64,000 nt of DNA from Neophaeotheca triangularis. Its lineage: Eukaryota. How positions within the stretch are numbered: position 1 is the first letter of the stretch; each line of letters opens with the position of its first letter. Made by a program: the position numbers and the translations under genes. This document shows, piece by piece, positions 24,267 through 37,631 of this stretch. The stretch spans positions 124,001 to 188,000 of the forward strand of contig BAAIJX010000013.1 in assembly GCA_054600435.1 (NCBI GenBank), read 5' to 3'. The notes under the pieces are model-generated. The model searched no databases and was not told where the DNA came from. It saw only the letters and a program-made list of their open reading frames with translations.

Positions 24267-24522
24267 GGACACTGCCGAAGCGCGACTATGCCCAGGTTCT
24301 CGATTACACTCATGTCTGTTTACGGACCGAGTGCGGAGATCGCTCCGTTCAAACAACAAAAGCCATACGCGCGCCGCAATTCCCAGAGCCAGTCGTAATT
24401 AATCACATCGTCCATGCTGCGCGCCGTTTGCGCCCCTTCCAAACCCCATGGAGCCATTCCGCTCTACTCGAACCGTCAGCGCAAAGGAAGATCCCACCGC
24501 CTCCGAGACGAGAGAACCCACT

Positions 24523-24819
24523 CTAAACCCCTCGAATGGACGGCACCAGCTCGCCCAAGAACCTCCCAACGCCAAACTTGGCGCCGTTCGTCTTGCCAGT
24601 CTCGCGGTCCCGGGCCTCGACGTCGGTGGGCTCCGACAGCGGTTTAGAATTCCCCTGGGCCTTGAAACCGGGGTGGACGAAGGACGGATCCGCTGCGGCT
24701 GCGTCGAAGCGGCGCGTGTCCTGCGCTTGGTTCTGCTCTTTCCCGTCGTTTACTGTTGTGGTTGTGGCCTCTGCTTCTTTTTCGGAGGACTTCTTGTTCT
24801 TGGAGAGTCCGAAAGGCAT
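24523..24819 (-). CDS. Small hydrophilic hypothetical protein (98 aa)
   Basis: ATG in good context (ACC-ATG) after a CAA-rich leader, TATATA about 130 nt upstream, coding-like codon usage. Confidence 0.55.
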   Translation of the reverse strand: MPFGLSKNKKSSEKEAEATTTTVNDGKEQNQAQDTRRFDAAAADPSFVHPGFKAQGNSKPLSEPTDVEARDRETGKTNGAKFGVGRFLGELVPSIRGV

Positions 24820-25572
24820 GGTGTGTGCTTTTTGCGTGGTCAAGTTGGGGTTATCGTACAGTAGTCGAGGATCAGATCGAGCTGGTGTTGATCGGACTCG
24901 ATGCAGCAGTGTGGGTTACCGCTGCTATGCGAAGTGAAGTGAAGCCTACTATATACGGTAGCCTTGCAGCGCAGCACGTAATAATCATGAGATGTGGCAT
25001 GCCATCATGGCACCCTTCGCGCTGGGTCATTCTCGCCCGGTAAGCTGCACTTAGCCAAGATATATAAGCATGGCGTTTCGCGAGCTGCTTGTAGGAGGTG
25101 TATTTTTTCCATCTATGAGATGCGCACACGACGGTACTTGCGGAGTTGCGGTATGAGCATCGAGCAAGTTACAAAAACAAGCTCGGAGCTTGCTCTAATG
25201 GAAGAACATCAGCTGGAGCCAAGCAAGGCGCAGTCCCGCGAATGGCATGGCATGGTAGGAGGTCAGAATTGCCCCAGACTGGTCGATAATGTCACGCGGC
25301 GCTACCAGGTACCTCCAGGACACCCCCGTCCTATTGGAATGGCTATCGTTACATCATCGCCAACACCTCCAAGGGCTCAGGTTTGTACCGCAATTCGACA
25401 TGTGTCGCCTACCGTATCATGGTTAGCAGTGATATGTTGATACCAAAAGGTAAAAAAGGTCGAAATAGCCATCTATGTAGGTATGTATGCAACGTGCTTC
25501 GGCCACCCAAGCCAGAGCGTCTGCGCAGTCCTGTGTACCATCTCAATTTACTGTCGTCTCACAACAAACACA

Positions 25573-27928
25573 TCAAGTGTAGCTGAAAATACTCCTCTTC
25601 TCCCTGCCCTCGTCCCGTCGGCTCCTCGCAGGCAAAGTGACAGCGCCGCTATGCTTACTCTTCGCAGGCTTGGCAGTGCTGGCTTCCGACTTGTCTTCCC
25701 TACTGCGCTCCTTGTAATCGCCCCTGCGGCTCGTGGCGTGCTTACTCCTCCCACTTTCCGAGGCCTTTTTGCCGCTTTTGCGACCATGGCTGCTGCCACC
25801 GCCTGAGCGCGACGAGAAGTCGGCGCATGAGATGCTGTCGTCGGGCACGACGGTTTTCATGTCGTCCATGCCGTCCGAGTCGTCGCGCGTGTCTTCCGGC
25901 GGCTCTTCGTACCAGGCGCTGCCGGTCATCGAGGCCGGGGCCGGTATCTGAGCGGCGGAGACATAGGACGACGCTGCGCGAGTGGATGGCGGCAACGGAT
26001 ACTGTGCCGCCGATGCCGAGTGGTAGGAATTCTGGCGGGAGTATGGCAACGGTGTTTGAGCTGCTGAGTTACGACGAGAAGTCGGCTCTGGCCTAGAGTG
26101 CGGTGCCGCCGAATAGTGCGAATTTTGCCGAGAGTATGGCAATGGTATCTCGGCCGCAGAATCGCGGCGGGGAGGGTGTTTGCTTGCCTTGCTCTCTGCG
26201 CGAGATGCAGGATAGTCGCGCTTGCTGTGCTCGGTCCGCGCACGTGATGCTGGAAGCGGTACTTCGGCGGCAGACCCGTACTTGTCACGTTTGCTATATT
26301 CTGTCTCTGCGCGAGATGCCGGTAGCGGTACACCAGCCGCAGACTCATGCTTGTCTCGCTTGCTGGGCTTAAGGGTACTGGCATTGCTTTCAGCTCGAGA
26401 AGCTGGCAAAGGTACACCAGCTGCAGACTCGTACTTTTCACGCTTGCTAGGCTTTGCGGTACTTGTTTTGCTGCCGGTCTCGCTGCGAGATGGTTTTCTA
26501 CCAGCGTCGCTTTCGTGCCTCGATCGATGGGATCGCATGCTTACGCCGCTATCGTGGCGCTTCAGATCGCGGTCTCGCTCTTCGTAGCTAGAACGATAGT
26601 CGTCTCGTCGCGATGCGGTGCTGCGTGGCCCCTCAAGGTACAGTTGCGGTACCGCATCAGGTAGCGTTGTGGACCGTCTTGCTGTGTGCCGGCTTCCACG
26701 GCCGTTTGTAGATGCTGGGCCGTACTCAATAGCCTCTCGATGGCGAGGTTCGCAGGAAGACTGAGGGTCGTGAGATGACTTTGGTCCGTATTCGGTAGGA
26801 TCGTAGGTAGCAGCGCGCTTCGGTTTAGGGCGGGCGAGAGTGTAGCGACTGAGCACGTCTTGCACCTCGTCGTCATCATACCCTCCAGGCGCAATTGTGC
26901 GCATACTCGGCTGCAGCGGACGTTGGGTGCTGAATGCAGACTCGGTAACGCTGTAGTTTCGGCGAGGAGCAGGCCTTGAGGGCAGTGTGTCCGTAGTACT
27001 GTGATTTCGTCTATTCTTCAAGATCGAGACCGGAGGAGCTTCGATGGCTTTTCGAGATGATTGTCGTTCGCTTTGTCGTTCGGCTCCGCCAATCTGTCCA
27101 TTGATCTGTCTCTCATACCCGCGGGACGACCCTTTCCCTGATATCGATTCGAGGTGAGCAGCCTCTTCACGTGCGTTCTCCCGCTCCGTACTGCACATTG
27201 CAAAGATTGCCGCAGCTCCAGCAGCAGCCCCAAGAGCAGTCCCTACGATGGTATTGATGGGGATTCCTGAAAAGCTGGCACCCTCGTTGCGATTTGTGGC
27301 GGGAGCCGCCGAACTCGATCGTTTGGTATTCCTGGCAACTGCGCTTGCGAGGTCTTTCACGGTGCGGCCTCGAGACTGCGTCTTGTTCTCGGCGTCACCA
27401 ACACGCTGTGCATCGTCGATGGATTCTTTGGAGACACCTTGCTGCCACCTAAGAACACGGCTGTGCTCGGAGGCTCCGATGCTTGCTTGCTCGGTTGCGC
27501 CATCTTCGCCTTCGCGATAGATGACCTCGATCGTGTTGCCGTCGAGGTCGCAGACTGCAGCGTTGAAGCAGGTGCAATCTGTATTTCGGTAGCTCGGGGC
27601 ACCACTGGGGCGCCCGCCTGCGTTGAGTGCAGCAGCGTAGCACTCCCTCACTTCGAGTCGGCTAGCAGCAGAAAAAGCAATGTGAGTAGGCCAGGGATTT
27701 GCTCTGAGAGAGGAGGGTCAGCGGGTTGTTAAGGGAAAGTGATCATGTGGTTGCTACTCACCCCGTTGACTCCTGGGTCAAAAAGAAGTCTGCGTCCCGA
27801 ATGCCTAGGCCTATTGAGTCGCCTTGGTGTCCGATATACTGGTATCCAAGCGGTTGAAGGGTAGAAAGATAGAAGGAGGTCGCAGAAGGAATGTGGGAAA
27901 CGCTCAGTCCAAGATGTGACACTGGCAT
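25573..27928 (-). CDS. VOC/glyoxalase-domain protein with glycine-zipper segment and long Ser/Arg-rich repetitive tail; exons 27928-27762, 27703-25573
   Basis: MPVSHLGLSVS..FY..LQPLGY, THIAF, AALNAGG..GAP and DLDGNTIEV are VOC motifs. Intron GTGAGT..CTGAC..CAG at 27761-27704. Confidence 0.82.
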
Positions 27929-28477
27929 GTTGCTGCCCAAAGGGTAGGTAGGTACCCAACAGGATGTTTTGAGAAAGATTAAGAAGGATATAGTAAAAGA
28001 TTAAAAGGTTAAGTGGAGAAAAAGGGTGACTGAATGAAGACGAGAGGCAGATGTTATACACACAAGTACAGTTGCTGAGTGATAGTTCTCGAGGAATCGT
28101 TCCCTGCAGTGCGCGAGAAGCGGCAAAGAATGTAGAAGGGAGTATAACAAGGCTGGAATGATGAGACGGAACATACAATAAGTCAACTTACCTACACCTA
28201 CCTACAGTACCCTCAGGCTGCCAGAAGAATCACGCGCGCCCATCGCCGTTCCAGCTGTCTGCAAATCTACGTCGGTGAAGCGAGTCATTGGTGGATGGGC
28301 GTTTTGGGCTCCAGAGCGGTCGTAGAGCGGGTTTAGGTGAGGCGGTCTATAAGAACAACAGACTCGCTCGGATGCACTTCCACGCCCCCTCCCCAACACG
28401 CTCTGGAGCAATATGGGGCGAGGCATGATTAATTGGCAAACCCACAATAGGTTGATAAAAATACCTACCTTACTGTA

Positions 28478-28508
28478 CATACATACATACATACATACAT
28501 ACATACAT
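28478..28508. repeat. (CATA)n microsatellite
   Basis: Directly visible tandem repeat. Confidence 0.9.
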
Positions 28509-29229
28509 AATAATACCACTTACTAGCGACGGCAGAATAGTGCCTACTGGACGGGTGGAAGCTGGGACAAGCTGTCAGGCGCGCGTGCAGCTGCCACCCG
28601 GCTCTACTCCAGACTCCAGAGACGTGAGAGGCTGCCACGTCCGCAAAGCCGCTGCACGTTACTGCAGGTTTCGAGGTAGGAGGCTAGGTAGGGTAATGAA
28701 TAGTAGTAGTGTGTGCGTGCTTGGATGATAATAACGATAAGAATCCATAACGTTGTATCATTCGTTGGTATTATTACTATTATCATAGGAGGTACTAGAC
28801 AACGGCACGTTGCAGAGTACAGTAGTAGTAGTATTACGGTGACAAGAAGGGTCGTGGACGTTTGGCAGCCGTGCACGTGATGGCGGTGAGACAAGGGCCA
28901 CGTGACAAGGCAGGCGATCAAGCGACTCTCGATCCCTCAGGTTGCCTTCCGATGCCGATATAATTTGATTCCGACCCGTCTCGAGGTGCGTCGAAATACT
29001 GCAGGTGGGTGCCGTGGATATTATAGAACCCATAAGCCCCGTCGTCGAAGATGCCCTAGCAAATGCAACGTGGCCTGAGGGCTTCCCAAGCCTATCTGGG
29101 CCATCCACAAGTAGGAAATACTACTACCTACCTACAGTAAGCTTCTGAAGAAAGAGCACAAAATCACCAAATCCTTTCGGCCGATAAAATAGTCACCATA
29201 TATTCAAACAGAAACATAAACAAGACATC

Positions 29230-29486
29230 ATGAGTGCTACGACACATACGGGAGGCTGCCTCTGCGGGAGCATCAGATACACAGCCGAGGGCGAGGCCAT
29301 TTCCAGCAGTGAGCGCACGCACACACAAGCAAGCCAAAGCACACAACCTTGGCCATCAAAATCTCTGACAGCAGAACCGCCAGCTGCCTCAACTGCCAAC
29401 GCTGGTCCGGCACCAACGCCCTCTCAGTCTCCATCTGGCCGCGAGAAGTAAGTCCCGTCCCCGTCTTTCTCTCCCCACGTGGCTCC

Positions 29487-29523
<37 letters not shown>

Positions 29524-29849
29524 CCCCTGAAACACACGTATTCATGCGCCCGGCAAAACGTCAGAAAGTACAGATCACCGGCATGGACCAGCTCAAGACG
29601 TACATAGACACGGCGACGGAGTACAAGCCCGTTTCCCGCCAGTTTTGCGGGAATTGTGGGACCAATATTCTCGCTCTGACGGAATCGAATGACGCCGTTC
29701 GCATTGTGGCCGCAGGTACTTTGGACGATTATGCTCGTTGGCGGCCTGCGAAGGAGGTCTATTGTGCCTATCGTGCTGAATGGCTGGATAAGGCGAAGGG
29801 GGTCGAGACGCGGTATATGGGCAATGCGAACTCGGAGGAAGAGAAGTAG
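29230..29849 (+). pseudogene. GFA (Mss4-like/CENP-V) family gene; exon 1 and exon 2 phases incompatible, so possible pseudogene
   Basis: GGCLCGSIRY, C-x-x-CQRWSG and FCGNCGT motifs. Intron 2 (29448-29564) is clean. Intron 1 has a phase-1 donor at 29309, but every candidate acceptor needs phase 2. Confidence 0.65.
29492..29520. repeat. (CT)n microsatellite inside GFA intron 2
   Basis: Directly visible. Confidence 0.9.
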
Positions 29850-29961
29850 GTAGCGAGTGGTTCAGGTGGCTTTAATGCCCTTTTGACGAGGTCCGGATCC
29901 GTCCCTCGCTCAAGGTCTTCTGCTGGTCTATCGAATGTATGATACATCGGTCTTTTCGCCA

Positions 29962-31377
29962 TCACAATCTGGCCCTAGGAGCCTCTTCTAGCTTGACAGT
30001 CTCCTCTCTCCCTTTGATCTGCGCATCTGCCCACTGGCCAATGCAGCTCACCAAGGCCTTGACTTCTTCCGTTGAGTTGCCAGCGTGTAAACAAATCCGT
30101 ACACGCTCTGCGCCGGCTGGCACTGTTGGGGGAACAATACCTCTGACGACGAAGCCACGCCGCTGGCAGTGTGCCGCTAGATCCTTTGGTTGCGACGAAA
30201 GTAGCGAGAAGATTGGAGAGTACTGTGGCTGGCTGAGAGGCAACCGAAGCAAGTGCGAGAGAGGCGATGGTATATCGAGGTGGTTTATCAGGGTTGTGAG
30301 CTGGCCATGGAGCTGAGAAGTCAGGCTGTGTAGGTTTTGAGCAAGCTGTATACATGTCAGTGGTGATGTTGTAACGATACGGGTCTGTTCGAACCAACCG
30401 ATTCTGTCCTCCCGCTCATCAGGAAAGAGTACGACGCTCGTATGGCTGCCAAGGCAGGATATGACATGAATGTCGTGTAGATGAGAGGTCGCGCGTAATT
30501 GACCATGTACTGTCTGATTAGCGGGCTCGCCAACAGAATTGCTATCCTGCGTGTCAGTGCCTGCTTTGCAGCGATCTCGGATGTGCGGCGTGGACTGACC
30601 TCCATTGCAGGCAAGACCTTTGCCAAATGTATGCAGTCTGACAAGTACATCATTCTCCATGTTCAGATCGCATACGAGCCCACTACCTCTCGGTCCCAGA
30701 ACGCCTGTCGAGTGTGCTTCGTCGACGATCAAGTAGCCGTTGCCTCCGGGTAATATCTCGTCGAGGACCCGCTTCATCTCTCGCAAGGGAGCGATATCAC
30801 CGTCCATGGAGTACACTGCTTCCACGGCGACGAACACACTCTTCTTCCCATCCCGCACAGCCGCATCCCCTCCAACGTCAGACGATCGGAGGATACGTTC
30901 AAAGCTTTCGAGGTCGTTGTGGTCGAACTTGACGCACCGCGATGCCCTGGATAGTCTCATGCCATCGTGCACGCTCGCGTGAATGTATTCGTCGTACACG
31001 ACGACATCGCCACGCTGCGGCAAGCATGAAAACAGGCCGACGTTGGCGTCGAAGCCAGAATTGCACAGCAGCCCAGTCTCGGCGCGGTGAAAGGAAGCAA
31101 TGTCTTTCTCGAGCTTCTCGGCGTAGGTAGAGTTGCCGTCCAAGAGACGGGACCCACCACTGCCTAGAGAGTTGTAATGAGGGAATTTGTGAAGTTCTTC
31201 GAGAAAGGCAGTGTGTAGGTCTTTTGATTTGGCGAGCGAGAGGAAGTCATTGGACGAGAAGTCGACCGAATCCGGAGCATTGGTGGTCAGGTTTCGGATG
31301 GTGGAATTCGAGCGACGCTTGTCCAACGTCGCGGCCAGAGTACATTCCAGGCGAGATCGTTTTGCTGGCCTTTCCAT
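29962..31377 (-). CDS. bioF: 8-amino-7-oxononanoate (KAPA) synthase; exons 31377-30600, 30541-30399, 30345-29962
   Basis: DFSSNDFL, GSGGSRLL, SGFDAN, HASVHDG, VDEAHS, HTFGK (PLP lysine) and RVRICLHA motifs. Two introns restore NYARPLIYTT. C-terminal ARL (PTS1). Confidence 0.93.
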   Translation of the reverse strand: MERPAKRSRLECTLAATLDKRRSNSTIRNLTTNAPDSVDFSSNDFLSLAKSKDLHTAFLEELHKFPHYNSLGSGGSRLLDGNSTYAEKLEKDIASFHRAETGLLCNSGFDANVGLFSCLPQRGDVVVYDEYIHASVHDGMRLSRASRCVKFDHNDLESFERILRSSDVGGDAAVRDGKKSVFVAVEAVYSMDGDIAPLREMKRVLDEILPGGNGYLIVDEAHSTGVLGPRGSGLVCDLNMENDVLVRLHTFGKGLACNGGQSTPHIRDRCKAGTDTQDSNSVGEPANQTVHGQLRATSHLHDIHVISCLGSHTSVVLFPDEREDRIGWFEQTRIVTTSPLTCIQLAQNLHSLTSQLHGQLTTLINHLDIPSPLSHLLRLPLSQPQYSPIFSLLSSQPKDLAAHCQRRGFVVRGIVPPTVPAGAERVRICLHAGNSTEEVKALVSCIGQWADAQIKGREETVKLEEAPRARL

Positions 31378-31765
31378 GGTGGACGATTTCGCAGCGCGTG
31401 TTGTCTTGAGTGTGAGGGTGGCAACGATGTTCTCATGGCCATGTTGTTGCCTTAGGTTGGCGTAGGTAGGTACCTTTCCCATCAATATTCGGCCCCGAGA
31501 GTGAATGATGACTGTTAGTAGTAGATTTTTGGCCCGCCTTCAACGGCCTCGGACTCGGCTGCCCAACTGGGCTCGCTCTCTCTCTCTAGTACGTTAGCCC
31601 GATCAAAGTTTAGATCTTGACCCAAGGTAACACACACATACACACCCGGACAGTCACAACAACATCCGAGTTATTGTACCGTCATTCGTTCCCCATCCTT
31701 CCATTTCATGGTCAGCACGTAGCGTCGCGCCTTGTCAGGGATTGCTGCTGAAGTGGAAGACTGCC

Positions 31766-34404
31766 ATGCGACAAGTTGGGTCGGCGCTTTGGCCCAAGCT
31801 CCGGGTCTTGCAAGTCTACGGCGCAAACACTGGCGTCGGCAAGACCATCCTCTCATCCATCCTATGCTCTGCATTCCGAAACCGCTTTCCCAATGGCAAC
31901 GTCAATTACTTGAAACCCATCTCGACGGGTCCACTAGACGAGGCTGACGATCAGTAAGTCCGCACCTTTGCACAGCGGATGCGCTTGGTGTAGTGGTCCG
32001 TGCGCCGTACCTTAGGGTCAGAGTTTGGTTGCGTGCGGTTTGTGAGAGCATGGTCGCTAAGGCTCGAAATCGTAGTCATATCTCTTTATTCGAGAATGGG
32101 GTGACTGCGAAGTGTCTGTATCAGTTTCAGGATCCTGTCAGCCCGCATATTGCCGCTAGATCGTCGAAAGACGTAAGTTTTGGTGTTTTCTCGAATTTGA
32201 CATCCTACTATAATGGTACTAACTGCACAAAGTTACTCTCGGACAACAAACTTGCTACAAGCGTCGAGGACGAACTCTTCAAACATGCCCTCTCTACCAA
32301 GGATGCTGTTACGATTGTGGAGACGGCAGGCGGTGTGCTGTCGCCTTCTCCCTCAGGCAGCTCCCAGGCCGACCTGTATCGCCCTTTGAGACTCCCAGTC
32401 TTCCTGGTCGGGGACCACCGTCTCGGAGGCATTGGTACGACCATCTCGGCATGGGAATCGCTCCACATGCGAGGGTACGATGTGCAAGCCGTTGCGACCT
32501 TCGCCGAGGACAGATACGACAACCATTCCTACCTCCGAGACTACTTTGCTGAGAGGGGCATTCAGGGGTTGTCTATCCCGCCTCCACCAGAACCAAAGGA
32601 CACGAAGAAGGACGACGCCGAGTCTATGCGTGGATACTACGAGAAGGCGACCGGCAATGCCGATATCAACACGTTCGTCGAACGCTTCCTCGGGGCCCAC
32701 GATGAACGAGTACGGAGCATCCAGAGCATGCCTGAATCAGCGGACCGGTACATCTGGCACCCATTTATGCAACATAGTGAACGATCACACAAGACCATCG
32801 TAGCAATGGATTCGGCGTACGGTGATCACTTCCAAACGTACAGCACTCAGAGAAACTTGACCGCTGCCGATGGCGACAAGTCCCTCCTAAAGCCAGCCTT
32901 CGATGGCTCTGCTTCGTGGTGGACTCAAGGGCTTGGACATGGCAACCCTCAACTCGCTCTGACAGCCGCCCACGCGGCTGGCAGATACGGCCATGTCATG
33001 TTCGCCAATGCAGTGCATGAACCGGCCCTAACGCTGGCCAAGACTCTCGTGAATCAGATGGACAACCCACGGCTCAAGAAAGTCTTCTACACGGACAATG
33101 GCAGTACAGGGATGGAAGTGGCTGTCAAAATGGCCACCACTGCGGCTCGAAGGAGATACCAGCAGCCAAGTGCCCCTAACCCGTGGAAGGACGATGTCGA
33201 ACCGCTGATCCTGGGCTTCAAAGGCAGCTACCACGGTGATACGATTGGCACGATGGACTGTTCCGAACCCTCTGTTTTCAACAAGAAAGTCGAATGGTAC
33301 ACTGGAAGAGGTCACTGGCTCGACTTCCCTACCGTCAAGATGCGCAAAGGTCAATGGATTGTAGAGCCACCGGAAGAGCTTGAGGGGAAGGTTGGCGAGA
33401 CCCGTACATTCAACAGCCTTGACGAGATTTTGGACCAGGACGCTCGCAGCGAGGACCGGATCATCTACCGCAAGTACCTGGATAGCGAGATTGCGCGACT
33501 AAAGAAAGAAGGCGCGCACTTTGGGGCCTTGATCCTCGAGCCCGTAATCCTAGGCGCGGGTGGTATGTTCTTCGCGGATCCACTCTACCAGCGATGCCTT
33601 GTCGAGAGCGTGCGCGAAGCTACTGTGGTAGACGAGACATTTGGCCACGGCAACACCGCCGCACAACGAGAGCTCGACTGGCAGGGCATGCCCGTCATCT
33701 TCGACGAAGTCTTCACAGGTCTCTACCGACTGGGCCGTTTTAGCGCCGCCAGCTTCCTAGGAGTGAATCCCGACATCGTCGTGAACGCGAAACTGCTCAC
33801 CGGCGGTCTCTTACCCCTCTGCACGACCACAGCCAGCGACAACATCTTCGAAGCCTTCCTCAGCGACGACAAGAGCGACGCTCTACTCCACGGCCACAGC
33901 TACACGGCCCACGCCGTCGGCTGCGCCATCGCCAACGAGTCACTCAAGCAGATGCGCAAGCTCGACAACAGCGAAGCCTGGAACGGGTTCAAAACCGACT
34001 GGAGCGCAGCAACAACCACCACCACCGAGCCCAAAGACACCACCGTAGCAGCCAACTTACGCCAAGGTCTCGCATCCCCAGCCAGCACAACCACGACGAC
34101 CAAGCCCTGGAGCATGTGGACACAGGATTTCGTGACGTCCACCTCGCACAAGCCGAATGTCGACTACGTCTTCGCGCTCGGTAGCGTGTGCGCAATCTCG
34201 CTCAAAGACCCGCAAGGCTCTGGGTACGCTTCCACCGCTGCTACGGGGCTGCGGGATAAGTTGTTCTTGGGCGAAGGGGTGGAGGAAGGGGACGCGGTGG
34301 TGCATTCGAGGGTTTTGGGCAATGTGCTATACCTCATGGCTTCGATGACTACGGGCAAGGATACTATTGCTGGGATCGAGGCGTCGATGCTGAAGGCCTT
34401 GTAG
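31766..34404 (+). CDS. bioDA: Bifunctional dethiobiotin synthetase / DAPA aminotransferase; exons 31766-31953, 32076-32172, 32233-34404
   Basis: BioD motifs GANTGVGKT, YLKP and ETAGGV, followed by BioA motifs IWHPF, DGSASWW, YHGDT, IFDEVFTG, AKLLTGG and HGHSY. Confidence 0.94.
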
Positions 34405-34994
34405 ATGTGTAGAGAGACTGTTGTGAATAGGGGTGCCTTTTCCTGCTTATCCGACAGGCCATAGACCGCCATACTGCATGCATAAGGTTGCCTGAGGTGC
34501 CTGGATCTCTCACTGTTGTTTTGACCTTTGACGCGAGAAAGACACGCTAGAGCGGTTTGGGAAACCAAAACAACTCTTGCTCCCCACGCCAGGACGTCGC
34601 TCGCGACCGCAAAATGAGCGCATTGCGAAGGTTGCGAAGCGTCTTATTAAGATGCCAAACCCAGCATTTGATAAGCAGTTGTAGAATTTAGCAAAAAGGA
34701 GGAACGGTGAGGAGTAGACAGCAATAGAACTTTCAAAATCATGCATTCATCGAGTAAAACCAGCAGAGGCACCGAAGCCTTGCTGCTGCTCGCTGCTACG
34801 TAATGTACAGCCGTCGCTCGATCCTCGCAGTCTCGACCCACTGCCAGCCATGTTGGTATCCGAGCAAAGAAAAACACGCCCCCATTCCCATGATCGCATT
34901 ATCTGAACGCCTTTGAAGCCCCATCCGCGCTGGTGTGCTCACAAAGCCCAGCCAAGGTGACGAGAAAAGAAAACGAAAGCCTAAGAGGCTACGT

Positions 34995-35603
<609 letters not shown>

Positions 35604-35699
35604 TTCGTCTGATTTGAGTGCTGAAAGCTGGTTTTGATGAGTTCGAAAGTGTTGGAGATGTGGTAGTCGATGTAGTTCGATGGATGGCGTAAGTTGGGT

Positions 35700-35990
35700 G
35701 TTGTGGATGTGAAGGAAAGGAAGAAGGAGGACTGTCAAACAGCAGCGGGGAGTAAGTCGTACTTGAGGATCGCGCACCTTCCGCTTAGATCAATCGGTCT
35801 CGGTTTCGGCGACTCCCGCATCAGTGATTGTAGCGTTGATAAGAAGCTACAATCACTGCTGTGCGCACGGGCCACCCAAAGCCACCGGCAACCGTCGATT
35901 GATTTGAGGCAGGTGCGCCATCCTCAAGTAACGACTTACTCCCCGCTGCTGTTGACGGTCCTCCTTCTTCCTTTCCTCCACATCCACGAC
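35700..35990. repeat. Inverted repeat in the H2B/H2A intergenic region: arms 35700-35779 and 35911-35990, 131-bp spacer
   Basis: The reverse complement of the left arm aligns with the right arm over about 80 nt with about 6 differences (hand alignment). Confidence 0.93.
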
Positions 35991-36081
35991 GACATCCATC
36001 CATCCATCCATCGACAACCAGCTTCATCCAGCTCATTTACCCACCCAAACAACACCACCTTCAAAACCCAAATCTTTCAAA

Positions 36082-36742
<661 letters not shown>

Positions 36743-37631
36743 ACTCTTCCTCCTTCCTCTTTTTGCAGTCTTCAAGATATCAATGGGCACTATGGGTTCA
36801 CACGGCGCAGTCGGGGTTGATGCGGCTTTTGCAAGCACTTCGATGATAACGGGTTGAGCATCATCGGATGGTGGGCGGGGTCACAATACGCGGCACATGG
36901 GTAGTGCTATTTCTTTTTGCTTTGCTTGTTCTGGCTTCTGATCACAGCCACGAAAGCTGTACATTATGCTCTAGAGCAGAGCGTGGCGGCAGGCCATGGC
37001 TTACGATGATACCAATGATACCGAGCTTTCTGATCAGAAACAATTAGCTTTCCTTTATATCTCGTTCTAAGCTAAGTGCCCTGTATTCGCAGTCTTGCCT
37101 TTGCATTTGTTTGGCTGTCGAGTCCATTCCGAGGAATGAGGGACGTCGGAACAGTGGCCATCCCACGGTGAGAAGTGTATGCTCGCATGCCACTGGGAAA
37201 GAACGCGACAAGAAAATCAGCGTTCTTCGCCTTTGAATCCTGAGAACGTGTCGTTGGAATAGAGAAGATGAGTTTGGATTGGAGCGCTATCCGGGCACTT
37301 GTTCAACAAACACATAAGTCGCGACGAGTATGGAAGGGCAGCCTGCCCAACACGAACGAACTTCCGCTTGGCGAGGCGCGCGACAACATCGCCTCGATAC
37401 AACTCGCAGCATGGTTCACTACAGGGTGACCTTATGAAAGATGACGCATACACGGTGACAATGCTCAAGAAGGGCGGCGTTTATGAGCTCCTATCGTGGA
37501 CGTCTTACCGGAAGACAATGGCACTGGAATTGCCTTTCCGCTGGCTCTGTAGACTCGAGCTGTTTTGCAATGCTTGATACCAGTATATACAACCCCATTG
37601 AACGCCTTTCCGAACCTGTCTTCCATCACAT

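Noticed and set aside
30346..30599. Apparent frameshift in bioF
   Set aside because: Resolved by two canonical introns (58 and 53 nt).
31954..32075. Possible twin intron (stwintron) in bioDA intron 1
   Set aside because: A single GTAAGT..GCTAAG..TAG intron gives the correct frame, with no nested consensus seen.
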